This document shows positions 18,169 to 26,940 of a DNA stretch of 64,000 nt, one piece after another. The stretch is from contig CAZBOU010000002.1 of NCBI GenBank assembly GCA_964493625.1, forward strand, positions 135,410-199,409, in the 5' to 3' direction. The number at the start of each line of letters is the position of its first letter. Position 1 is the first letter of the stretch. Source of the stretch: an uncultured Caldisericota bacterium. Its GTDB lineage: Bacteria; Caldisericota; Caldisericia; UBA6126. The position numbers and the translations under genes are program-made. The notes under the pieces were generated by a model. That model was not told the DNA's origin. It made no database searches and saw nothing but the letters and a program-made list of their open reading frames with translations.

Positions 18169-19713
18169 TTACTTCGTAGGATGGAGATGGAACTCAATCC
18201 CCTGTGCCAAAGGCAATTCATCTCCGTAATTAATGGTATTAGTTTGCCGTCTCATATAGGTCTTCCAAGAGTCGGAACCGGACTCTCGTCCGCCACCTGT
18301 GTCTTTCTCTCCGCCAAAGGCACCACCAATTTCGGCCCCACTTGTTCCAATGTTCACATTGGCAATTCCACAATCTGAACCTGCGGCTGAAAGGAAATAC
18401 TCTGCTTGTTGAAGGTTGTTAGTAAAGATCGAAGAACTCAATCCTTGGGGGACATCATTGTGAAGTTGAATGGCTTCTTCTATAGTATCATAGTTCATAA
18501 CATATAGAAGCGGGGCAAATGTTTCTTTTTTGACAATAGGGGTGTTATCGGCAATTTCTGCAATGCAAGGGGCTATATAAAATCCATTGGGGTAATCTGC
18601 AATGGAGAGATATTGTCCCCCATACAGAATAGAGCCGCCCTCTTGTTGGAGTTGCCCAATAGATTCTGTCATTTCTTTACGGGCTTTATCGTCAATCAAG
18701 GGTCCCATATTTGTTGATGCGAGGAGGGGATTCCCAATATGAATCTGTTCATAAGCATGAAGCAATAATTTGATGAATTGTTGACGTATGCTTTTTTGAA
18801 CAATGATTCTACGCGTTGATGTACATCTTTGACCTGCTGTTCCAATGGCACCGAACAAAGTTGCATGAAGAGCAAGCTCCATGTTGGCATCTTCTGTGAT
18901 GATAATAGCGTTGTTTCCTCCAAGTTCTAAGATGGATTTTCCTAAACGTTTTCCAACAATTTCACCGATTCTTTTCCCCATTTTTGTACTGCCAGTAGCA
19001 CTTATTAAGGGAATTCGAGTATCATGAATCAACGATTCTCCAATCACTGAGCCTTGTCCAATAATCAAATTGCTAATGCCTTCTAGGTGATGTTTTGCAA
19101 ACACTGAGTTAATAATATTTTGGACAGCGATTGCACACAAAGGAGTCTTTGAACTCGGTTTCCATACACATGTATCGCCGCATATGAGTGCCAATAATGC
19201 ATTCCACGACCAAACAGCAACCGGGAAGTTAAAGGAAGTAATAATACCAACAACTCCATAGGGATGATACTGCTCGTACATGCGATGAGAAGGTCTTTCG
19301 CTATGCATTGTCGAACCGTATAGCATACGACTTTGACCCAGAGCAAAATCAGAAACATCAATCATTTCTTGAACTTCTCCGAGTCCTTCTTGATGCATCT
19401 TCCCCATTTCAAGAGTTATTAAAGTTCCCAATGGTTCTTTGTACTTGCGAAGTGCCAGGCCGATATCTCGGACGATTAAACCCCTTTGAGGAGCAGGTAT
19501 CAATCGCCAATTGCGAAATGCAATGTGGGCTTTTTCAACGGCTTGTTCGTAATCTTCTTTTGTCGCTAGGATTACAGATGCTAGTGGTTGGCCATCGATG
19601 GGAGAAATGCTTGTAATCTTTTCTCCATGAGTTTTTTTCCACTGATCACTGTGACCCAGACAAACACCATAATTTACATCTTCAATGCCTAAATCTTTGA
19701 GTACTTCCTTCAT
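18169..19713 (-). CDS. ALDH7-type aldehyde dehydrogenase (alpha-aminoadipic semialdehyde / piperideine-6-carboxylate dehydrogenase-like)
   Basis: GEVQEMIDVSDFALGQSRMLYG (antiquitin-type motif), catalytic Glu context ILELGGNNA, catalytic Cys context GTAGQRCTS. Start moved to ATG 19713 (GGAGGG RBS). Confidence 0.8.
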   Translation of the reverse strand: MKEVLKDLGIEDVNYGVCLGHSDQWKKTHGEKITSISPIDGQPLASVILATKEDYEQAVEKAHIAFRNWRLIPAPQRGLIVRDIGLALRKYKEPLGTLITLEMGKMHQEGLGEVQEMIDVSDFALGQSRMLYGSTMHSERPSHRMYEQYHPYGVVGIITSFNFPVAVWSWNALLALICGDTCVWKPSSKTPLCAIAVQNIINSVFAKHHLEGISNLIIGQGSVIGESLIHDTRIPLISATGSTKMGKRIGEIVGKRLGKSILELGGNNAIIITEDANMELALHATLFGAIGTAGQRCTSTRRIIVQKSIRQQFIKLLLHAYEQIHIGNPLLASTNMGPLIDDKARKEMTESIGQLQQEGGSILYGGQYLSIADYPNGFYIAPCIAEIADNTPIVKKETFAPLLYVMNYDTIEEAIQLHNDVPQGLSSSIFTNNLQQAEYFLSAAGSDCGIANVNIGTSGAEIGGAFGGEKDTGGGRESGSDSWKTYMRRQTNTINYGDELPLAQGIEFHLHPTK

Positions 19714-19796
19714 AGAGCCCTCCATGTACATACTAATGAATCACGAAGATAATTTTCTTCCATAATAGCACAAAAAGATATCATGATGAAGACAAT

Positions 19797-20567
19797 TCAG
19801 GAGATGAACTGCTTCTTTTCGTTAAAGAAATTCTTCCATACAATACTGGCGAAAATAAAAATACTCAAAGAGACACTCCCGGTAATACCAAGCATTATGC
19901 CTATTTGGTATCGTATTGCTGTTATTGGAGAAGAACCTGCAATAATCTGACCGCTCATCATACCAGGTAAAAAAATGATCCCCATTCCAAGCATTGAATT
20001 CAGGGTGGGAAGAATGGCTGCTTCAAAACTTTTGTTGATACTGTCCCGTATAGCTTCTTTTGGTTCAGCACCAAGATGGAGGAGTGTCTGTATCTGATCT
20101 TTTTTTGCTTCTACATTGTCTAGGAGAGTTTTTAATCCAATGGATACTCCAGTCATGGCATTTCCAATAATCATCCCAGCTAAGGGAATCCAATATCTAG
20201 GGTCAAACAGAGAAGGTGGATTGACAACAATGATTAAAAAGAAACAAAGCGCTAGCAACGTACCACTAGAAAGGCTAACGATGACACTTTTAAGAATATA
20301 AGAGGACATTTTTTTTTGAACGATTTTTTGAATGTTTAAGATCGCAAAAATTTCCATGAGAAGCACTGTAGTCAAAGTAACAATGGGGTTGTTTACTTCA
20401 AGGATAACGCCTAAAAGATAGCCAGCCAAAACAAGTTGAATAGTCATTCTGAAGGATGCTATCAAAAGCAACATTTCTTGATGTATCTTGCGATTTTTCA
20501 TAAAAAAGTAGAGTAGAACAATGAAAATATAGGCTATTGCCAATCTTGTTATTTCTATATCACTCAT
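19797..20567 (-). CDS. fetB: FetB/YbbM-family ABC exporter permease (UPF0014)
   Basis: IPLAGMIIGNAM, LPGMMSGQIIAG and AIRYQIGIM are collinear with E. coli FetB motifs. Start overlaps the fetA stop. Confidence 0.8.
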   Translation of the reverse strand: MSDIEITRLAIAYIFIVLLYFFMKNRKIHQEMLLLIASFRMTIQLVLAGYLLGVILEVNNPIVTLTTVLLMEIFAILNIQKIVQKKMSSYILKSVIVSLSSGTLLALCFFLIIVVNPPSLFDPRYWIPLAGMIIGNAMTGVSIGLKTLLDNVEAKKDQIQTLLHLGAEPKEAIRDSINKSFEAAILPTLNSMLGMGIIFLPGMMSGQIIAGSSPITAIRYQIGIMLGITGSVSLSIFIFASIVWKNFFNEKKQFIS

Positions 20568-21202
20568 GGTTGATCCTCGATACGATTTTTATGAAGGACA
20601 ATGGTTTTGTCTGCTAAAGAGCAAAGCTTTTCCGAATGAGAGGAGAAGATTAGATTCATAGAAGAGAGTTTGTGAGTTTTCATTAAATACTGCAGTATTT
20701 GGTCAGCAGTACTTTCATCCAATGCGGACGTAGGTTCATCAAGGAGTAAGACTTCTGGATGTAGAAGCAAGCAACGAATGATACAAACTCGCTGAGCTTC
20801 ACCCCCAGAAAGTGAATAAATTGATTCTTGAAGAGAAACGGTAAGTTGAAAATCTTCCAGGTATTCTTGCAATTGTTTTTCTTGGGGAATTTCCTTCTGT
20901 TGCATCTGTAAACCTATTGTAAGGTTGGCGTAAACAGTGCCAGGAAACAATACGGGTTTTTGCTCTACAAGCGTCACATTCCTACGGTGATGAATGATAT
21001 CCATTGAGGCAATGTCCTTGCCTTTGTAAAACACAAAACCCGAAGTGGGGCTTTTTGTTCCATTGAGAAAAGAAAGAAAAGTACTCTTTCCAGAACCAGA
21101 AGGACCCTTAATGGATGTAATAAAAGAATCAAAAATTGTTACTGTGGAGGATTGAATGACGTTTAAAAATGTGATTGAATGGCAACTAAACAATTCTTTC
21201 AT
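20564..21202 (-). CDS. fetA: FetA/YbbL-like ABC transporter ATP-binding protein
   Basis: Walker A GPSGSGKST, signature LSGGEAQR, Walker B LLLDEPTSALD; 212 aa single NBD upstream of fetB. Confidence 0.8.
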   Translation of the reverse strand: MKELFSCHSITFLNVIQSSTVTIFDSFITSIKGPSGSGKSTFLSFLNGTKSPTSGFVFYKGKDIASMDIIHHRRNVTLVEQKPVLFPGTVYANLTIGLQMQQKEIPQEKQLQEYLEDFQLTVSLQESIYSLSGGEAQRVCIIRCLLLHPEVLLLDEPTSALDESTADQILQYLMKTHKLSSMNLIFSSHSEKLCSLADKTIVLHKNRIEDQP

Positions 21203-21260
21203 ATCTCTATAGTATACATGAAAATTGAAAGATGTTTTTTTAAAAACAACCTGCTAAATT

Positions 21261-21344
21261 AGAGATCAGTTTTCATTAAGGGATTGTGGATCAGTTACGA
21301 TTATAACAGATACGTACGTGTTTTTAATGAAAACTGCATTCTCT
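21261..21344. repeat. Inverted repeat (about 19-nt arms, about 44-nt spacer) in the large intergenic region
   Basis: agagatcagttttcattaa (21261-21279) against ttaatgaaaactgcattctct (21324-21344). 13 nt are perfectly complementary (cagttttcattaa) plus flanking agaga/tctct. acgtacgt palindrome in the loop. Confidence 0.5.
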
Positions 21345-21727
21345 AATTGTCAAAAAGATGCCCCTTGTGTACAAAACTGCTAACACTTTCATGAAAAAGC
21401 TCTATAACCCCCATGAGGACAAGTCAAAAAAGGAGGCTTGAAAAAAAAGAGAAAGAAATTGTTTTTTGAATTGGAAAGAAGGAAAAATTTATTTCCACTT
21501 TTCAAGTCGATCTTAAAAATAACTGTGGAAAACAAGTGGAGAATTTAGAGGAAAAAAAATAACTCCTCCTTCTCTAAGGTTTTTTCTTCGCATTCCATCA
21601 AAGAAATTTTACAAACATTATGTATAATGGGTTTTGTACAAGATTGAAAAACCATCTACAAATTGAGAAGACTATCAAAATGATTCCCACAGTTTGTAAC
21701 GTAGCTGTGGAAAAAAGGTGGATAAAT

Positions 21728-22087
21728 ATGCAAAACTGGTTTATATATGTCTGTGTTGGATTTACCGGAGGAGTTTTTAGCGGTCTTTTCGGCATTGGCG
21801 GAGGAATCATTATTATCCCCATGTTGGTACTATTGGGACTTCCCCAGCTTTCAGCACAAGGCACAACCCTTGCCCTTATGGTGTTACCTATTGGTCTTTT
21901 AGGCGCTATCGAATACTACAAGAATGGCCACGTGGAGGTAGCCATAGCCTTGTTCGTGGTGGCGGGTTTTTTTATTGGTACACTTTTGGGAGCAAAAAGT
22001 GCTATGAAAATTCCCACTGTTTGGTTGAAGAGAATATTTGGTGTCATTATGATTTTTGCTGCTCTTCGAATCATGTTTGTCAAATAG
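21728..22087 (+). CDS. Half-size TSUP (TauE/SafE) family membrane protein
   Basis: GGVFSGLFGIGGGIIIIPMLVLL TSUP signature, about 4 TM, 119 aa from ATG 21728 (AAGGTGG RBS). Track start 21620 lies inside a TGTATAAT promoter-like box (21621-21628). Confidence 0.7.
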   Translation: MQNWFIYVCVGFTGGVFSGLFGIGGGIIIIPMLVLLGLPQLSAQGTTLALMVLPIGLLGAIEYYKNGHVEVAIALFVVAGFFIGTLLGAKSAMKIPTVWLKRIFGVIMIFAALRIMFVK

Positions 22088-22134
22088 AGTAAAGAATTTG
22101 TAAGTATCAGTCATAGAAAGCAGAACATCACTAT

Positions 22135-22983
22135 ATGTCACACTCTTTTTGGTTCAAAGCTTTGGTTATTTTTTTTACAGGAGTTGTATGCATGGAACTT
22201 CTTTTTTATCACAAGCCCGTTGTCACTCATTATGAGGTAGAATCTTCTCAAATACCTGTTCAGTTTCATGAGTTTACAATTTTGCATATTTCCGATTTTC
22301 ACAATGCATCGTTTGGACATCAACAAGAATCGCTAGTGAGTATTGTAGACGCTATAGCTCCTTCCATTATTGTTTTTACGGGAGACTTGATTGAAAGAAG
22401 ATACGACGTAAATACACAAGGACTTGTATTAATGGAACAGTTAACAAACCGATACCCTGTGTATTTTGTTACTGGCAACCATGAAGAATCTATGCCACAT
22501 GCTTCTTATGAACAATTGTTAGAAGATTTACAGGACAAAAAAGTGACCTTATTGAATGATACGTCTATTGTGCTTACAAAAGAAGAAAGCCACCTATTGT
22601 TAATGGGATTAAGAGATGCTCTTGCAACAGATCCTTCCAACTATGCGTCACTACTGGAACAAATGCGGAAGGAATGTGGGCAAGACTTATTTTCCTTGTT
22701 ATTGGCTCATAGGCCAGAGTTTTTCAATCAATATGTAGAAGCCCAAGTGGACGTTGTATTCTCTGGTCATACACATGGAGGACAAATACGAATTCCCTGG
22801 TTTGGTGGGATATATGCTCCCAATCAAGGCTTTTTCCCTACCTATATGGAAGGAGAATATAAGCAAAGCCGTACAAGGATGTTTGTAAATAGAGGTCTAG
22901 GGGCTACTGTTTTGCCTTTTCGTTTGTTTAATCCTCCCGATATTTCTGTTATTCAGCTACTTCATTGCGATGACAGAGATTGA
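22135..22983 (+). CDS. Membrane-anchored metallophosphoesterase (YkuE/YaeI-like)
   Basis: Calcineurin-like motifs HISDFHN, TGDLIE, VTGNHE, SGHTHGGQ. Confidence 0.85.
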   Translation: MSHSFWFKALVIFFTGVVCMELLFYHKPVVTHYEVESSQIPVQFHEFTILHISDFHNASFGHQQESLVSIVDAIAPSIIVFTGDLIERRYDVNTQGLVLMEQLTNRYPVYFVTGNHEESMPHASYEQLLEDLQDKKVTLLNDTSIVLTKEESHLLLMGLRDALATDPSNYASLLEQMRKECGQDLFSLLLAHRPEFFNQYVEAQVDVVFSGHTHGGQIRIPWFGGIYAPNQGFFPTYMEGEYKQSRTRMFVNRGLGATVLPFRLFNPPDISVIQLLHCDDRD

Positions 22984-24242
22984 TAGAAGAACAAACTGCG
23001 ATAAGGATTTGCAATTGCGTTGTTGAGGAAACCGGTTATCCCACTACCGAACATGTGAATAAAACCAGTTGAATAATCAATGTCTTCAAGATTTGGACCA
23101 ATAGTATCTGCTTGAATCAAACTTCCATTATCCATATCCAATGTTACAAGACTACCATTTGTTAGTAAGACAAATAGTTTTTGATGTGTTGGGTCTGTAA
23201 CAATATCGAGAATACTGTCGCCTGATTCATCGGTGTATCGCCAAACTTCCTGGAAATCTGTTGTATCCATGCAAATAATTTCCCCTTTTTGGAAAAATTC
23301 ACCAATCAAAAGAACCTTTTTGTTCAAAACAAAACTATATACCGACGATGTAGGAAGAGAACCCTCTGCATTGCCTGTTAACACATTTTCTTGTAGTTCT
23401 GTACCCTCAGTGTCGAACGTTTGAATAGACAATGTGCGAGTGTCTACTGATTCGTACCGAAAACAAACAAAGAATCTTTGGAGTGTATGGCTAAACGATG
23501 CATCAATAAGAACTTCTGCTGGATTGTTGCTAGAGGGTTGAAAACTCCATGACTTCGAAGGCGTTGACGTTTTCAGTGCATGAAACTGAGTAGCTGGTGG
23601 ATCCACACCTCTTGATAAATAGTAATAAGATGAGCCAATTAGGTGACTTTGAAAGACATGGTTCTCTAATGTATGATGCTGAATGGTTTGGTCTTTTGAA
23701 ACAAACAGTAAGTCTGTGTATGCTGCTAAAGCTGTAGTTTGCGAAGAAACGTCCGAGTCAAAGTGATGCTTAATGGTTCCACCGGCAAATAGAGGGTATG
23801 GAGACAAAGAAAGTGAACCCGCATTTTTTGGTACCACTTCTTTTTTATCTGCTGTACAAAACAAATCTTTACTATGTAGAGATTCATTTTCAATATACAA
23901 GTAGCGACTTATCGGAGTACCATTTTTATCTGTGCCACTCCCTACAAAGTGATTAAGACAGCGTTCTTTGGTGATAGGAAACAATAGTTCTCCTGCAGGA
24001 TTGTTGGTTAATGGATAAAAGTGTAGTAGTCCATAATCCGTGGATCCAAAGACATGATCATTGTTGATACTGATAGAATTTATGGGAGTGCCCGATAGGG
24101 TGACAAACCAGCCATTTTTAGTTTTTTGAATAGCAGAAAGGTCTTCTATTAATTGAGGATTTGATTTGGTTGTTGTGCAGTAGGACATAGTAAAAGAGAA
24201 CGATAGAATGAGAAGGAACGAAACAATATTTTTGATTTTCAT
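22962..24242 (-). CDS. Putative lipoprotein, unknown function
   Basis: 426 aa; signal plus Cys: MKIKNIVSFLLILSFSFTMSYC; no recognisable motif. The 3' end overlaps the convergent phosphoesterase gene by 22 nt. Confidence 0.5.
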   Translation of the reverse strand: MKIKNIVSFLLILSFSFTMSYCTTTKSNPQLIEDLSAIQKTKNGWFVTLSGTPINSISINNDHVFGSTDYGLLHFYPLTNNPAGELLFPITKERCLNHFVGSGTDKNGTPISRYLYIENESLHSKDLFCTADKKEVVPKNAGSLSLSPYPLFAGGTIKHHFDSDVSSQTTALAAYTDLLFVSKDQTIQHHTLENHVFQSHLIGSSYYYLSRGVDPPATQFHALKTSTPSKSWSFQPSSNNPAEVLIDASFSHTLQRFFVCFRYESVDTRTLSIQTFDTEGTELQENVLTGNAEGSLPTSSVYSFVLNKKVLLIGEFFQKGEIICMDTTDFQEVWRYTDESGDSILDIVTDPTHQKLFVLLTNGSLVTLDMDNGSLIQADTIGPNLEDIDYSTGFIHMFGSGITGFLNNAIANPYRSLFFYQSLSSQ

Positions 24243-24254
24243 TATTTAACTCCT

Positions 24255-25310
24255 TTATGAAAGGGGAAGGAACCAATTACGAGGATCCCTCATTCCGTCT
24301 TCAAGTTGATAATACATGGATTTTTTATCGGAATGAAACATGGTTACAAAATCTTTATCTACTTCAATTCTATTGGTTATCTTATTGTTTTCGATGACAA
24401 GGATTGTGCATGCAGGCTCTCCCGGGATAAACCTTCTTGCAAGCAGTGCGTTCTGGAACCGATACAGTTCCGCTTGGGTGTTATTTTCAGCCCCAAGAGT
24501 TAATGCTTCCTCTACGGTTTTGTGTTTTTGTATGATCCCTTTTTTCACAGAAATGGAGTACAGGGACCCATCTAGCAAAGAGAACCACAGTTTATCTTGG
24601 CAAACAACACAATTGCTACCCTTTCCAGTTTCTTGAAAACCAATGTCATCGGTAATTACTCTCCAGTCAAGAAGATTTTTCGATAGTTTTCCTTCCACGA
24701 CCCCGAATTTCAAATTTGTGTTGTTTTCAAGCCATGCAAATTGAAAATATACATACGTAGTAGCCTCTATCTCAATAGCGTCTAAAGGTCTTATCAGAAC
24801 AGCATTTTTGTAATCTTCTAGATTGGGTCTAAGGGTATATTTATCATGTTTGTATCCATAGTACTCAGCGGTAGCCTGAGTATGGTTTCCATGGTCCGTG
24901 ATAGAGATCTGAATATGCAAACCAGGGCGTAAAATTCTTTGTATGGAAAGGGGTGTTTTTGGTCTTACAAAAGTTTTTTGAATGGGAGATTGCGTGTCAA
25001 TAGAAGATTCTATTTCAGAAGGTACATCAATAAAAATCAAATCTTGTTTTCCATCCCATACAAAAGGGTATATATCCGGTGCATCTGATTTGAACACAGG
25101 CTTGTTTTCAAACATAACAATGCCGTTTATCACGTTCCACTCATGTGCCATGTATTGGTTGTTGCTTGCTTTTTCGTCATAGGTTAGAAAGGGTATGGAG
25201 TCAACAGTAGAAAATATGTGAGATCGCTCAACTCCATAAATCAATACAAAAACAATGACAACTAACGAAAGCAGAACAATCCATATAGTCTTACCTAGAA
25301 GCTGTTTCAT
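24255..25310 (-). CDS. N-terminally membrane-anchored protein, unknown function
   Basis: Start moved to ATG 25310 (AAAGGAG RBS; MKQLLGKTIWIVLLSLVVIVFVLIYG anchor); no recognisable motif. Confidence 0.5.
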   Translation of the reverse strand: MKQLLGKTIWIVLLSLVVIVFVLIYGVERSHIFSTVDSIPFLTYDEKASNNQYMAHEWNVINGIVMFENKPVFKSDAPDIYPFVWDGKQDLIFIDVPSEIESSIDTQSPIQKTFVRPKTPLSIQRILRPGLHIQISITDHGNHTQATAEYYGYKHDKYTLRPNLEDYKNAVLIRPLDAIEIEATTYVYFQFAWLENNTNLKFGVVEGKLSKNLLDWRVITDDIGFQETGKGSNCVVCQDKLWFSLLDGSLYSISVKKGIIQKHKTVEEALTLGAENNTQAELYRFQNALLARRFIPGEPACTILVIENNKITNRIEVDKDFVTMFHSDKKSMYYQLEDGMRDPRNWFLPLS

Positions 25311-25344
25311 TGCGACTCCTTTGTGTTCAAATGGGAAAAGCACT

Positions 25345-26109
25345 TTAGAGTAAGTCTATTATTAGTTTAACAGCAACAGCAATCGTTACAATGACAAAAA
25401 TTGGTTTGACGATTTTGTTACCATTTTTAATTGCCATATGAGATCCTAACCATGAACCTCCAATCATACAAATACCAACAGGAATGCCGACTGCAAACAG
25501 GACCTTGCCGTATAGTATGAAGGTGATCAAAGATGTGATGTTGCTAATAAAATTAAGAAAACGTGCATTTGCGCTAGAACGAAGATAGTCGTACCCGAAT
25601 ACCTTGATGAATGTAAACATGAGAAATGATCCGGTGCCTGGCCCAAAAAAACCGTCATAGAAACCTAAAGAGAGGGACAGGAACATTCCGATCCAGACAC
25701 TCTTTCTAGTAGGATTTTGCAAAGAAGTATCAATGGTTCCTAGAGAAGGGTGAAATATTGAATACAACCCAACAGTTAATATGCCAATGCTAAGCACAAT
25801 GTTTAGCAAGGTATTGTTTAGCGACAAGATAGTTCGGACGCCCACAATAGAGCCGATGAGGGTGAATGGAGCTAAAAGAAGCAAAAGACGGAGGTTGGTT
25901 TTTTTTGAGCAAAGGTATCGAAATGAACTAGTAAAAGAGGAGAAACTAGCAGATAGTTTATTTGTGCCAAGAGTAAACTGAGGAGGCAAACCAGCTGCTA
26001 AATAGGCGGGTATTGTGATGATTCCACCGCCACCAGCAATACTATCTACCCAGGCAGCAATAAAACCAAACAAACAAAGAAGGATATAGCTTGTAATACT
26101 TAGTTCCAC
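25345..26109 (-). CDS. TSUP (TauE/SafE) family transporter, full length
   Basis: 254 aa, 7-8 TM; DSIAGGGGIITIPAYL and GFFGPGTGSFLMF motifs. Confidence 0.85.
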   Translation of the reverse strand: MELSITSYILLCLFGFIAAWVDSIAGGGGIITIPAYLAAGLPPQFTLGTNKLSASFSSFTSSFRYLCSKKTNLRLLLLLAPFTLIGSIVGVRTILSLNNTLLNIVLSIGILTVGLYSIFHPSLGTIDTSLQNPTRKSVWIGMFLSLSLGFYDGFFGPGTGSFLMFTFIKVFGYDYLRSSANARFLNFISNITSLITFILYGKVLFAVGIPVGICMIGGSWLGSHMAIKNGNKIVKPIFVIVTIAVAVKLIIDLL

Positions 26110-26148
26110 AAATGTACTCCTTGTACAAGAGTGTGCTTAGACGATCTC

Positions 26149-26925
26149 TTAGAGAGTAAGGAATGCATAAGCGACATAAGCAAGAGATAAAAGTGCAGTA
26201 TTCCATATGGCATGAAATGCAAATCCCCAAAAAAATCCAAACTGTAATCGTATGTAGCCCATAACAAGTCCAGATATAAATTGAGGTAAAATGATCAATG
26301 GTGAAAGAAAATATATCCACAAACTAGGTGAGGAAAGGTTTGATATATGCATGATCCCAAACAAAAATGCAAAACCATAATAGATCCATCGGAAATGTGT
26401 ATGCCAAAATGTTTCGACAGAGACTCTCTTCAAGAAAAAAAGAAGGGTACAAATGCTGCCAATGGAAACAAAAATACCCATCATGATAAGATTGTTTGAC
26501 TCAAAGAATGACGAACTTTGTGAAGAAAGAATGGAATGCAATAGAATCAGGATATAAACAATGGAAATCCCCAAGGACACGGGGTGAAAATGCAAAGGCA
26601 ACCGGAATCCAATCTCTTCTGTAAGTGGTAGCAGTATTCCCCCTATCAGCAAGAGTTCCCAATAAGAGCTAGACTGTACAAAAGTCGCAAGTTCATTGGT
26701 TGTTGTTGTCCCTAAACGAGAATCGACCAAAAAAAGCAGAACTGTAATTGCTCCTCCAAGAATAAGCTGAAAAACAAGGTTCACTGTTAAATACTGAAAA
26801 ACAATTTCGATTCGACTGCTGAAGGAAATCTGAAGAGGTTTTTTTACAACCGTTGGTTGGAGAATGTAGCGAGTAAGGTTTTGTAAAGCATGAAATTTTG
26901 CATTGTTCTGTTCAATCCTATGCAT
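26149..26925 (-). CDS. CPBP family intramembrane glutamic endopeptidase (CAAX protease / Abi family)
   Basis: Motif 1 LTEEIGFR (EExxxR), motif 2 FGIMH (FxxxH), motif 3 FHAIWN (HxxxN), multi-pass membrane. Confidence 0.8.
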   Translation of the reverse strand: MHRIEQNNAKFHALQNLTRYILQPTVVKKPLQISFSSRIEIVFQYLTVNLVFQLILGGAITVLLFLVDSRLGTTTTNELATFVQSSSYWELLLIGGILLPLTEEIGFRLPLHFHPVSLGISIVYILILLHSILSSQSSSFFESNNLIMMGIFVSIGSICTLLFFLKRVSVETFWHTHFRWIYYGFAFLFGIMHISNLSSPSLWIYFLSPLIILPQFISGLVMGYIRLQFGFFWGFAFHAIWNTALLSLAYVAYAFLTL

Positions 26926-26940
26926 TGTCTGGGTATGAAA

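Noticed and set aside
21438-21548. 36-codon highly basic small ORF (TTG start; MKKKRKKLFFELERRKNLFPLFKSILKITVENKWRI) and a 16-codon ORF at 21390.
   Set aside because: The GGAGG lies only 1 nt from the TTG, which is too close. The ATG ORF has no RBS. There is no recognisable family, so the region is more safely treated as non-coding or structured.
21285-21725. Replication origin (oriC), suggested by five same-orientation TGTGGA-type DnaA-box-like motifs, AT-rich tracts and a local divergent gene switch, with mnmG 10 kb away.
   Set aside because: There is no dnaA, dnaN, parAB or rsmG in the window and no perfect TTATCCACA box. Two of the boxes overlap a probable RBS/leader repeat. Gene orientation flips again 1.3 kb to the right. 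It is kept only as a note inside the intergenic-region finding and needs GC-skew analysis of the whole contig.
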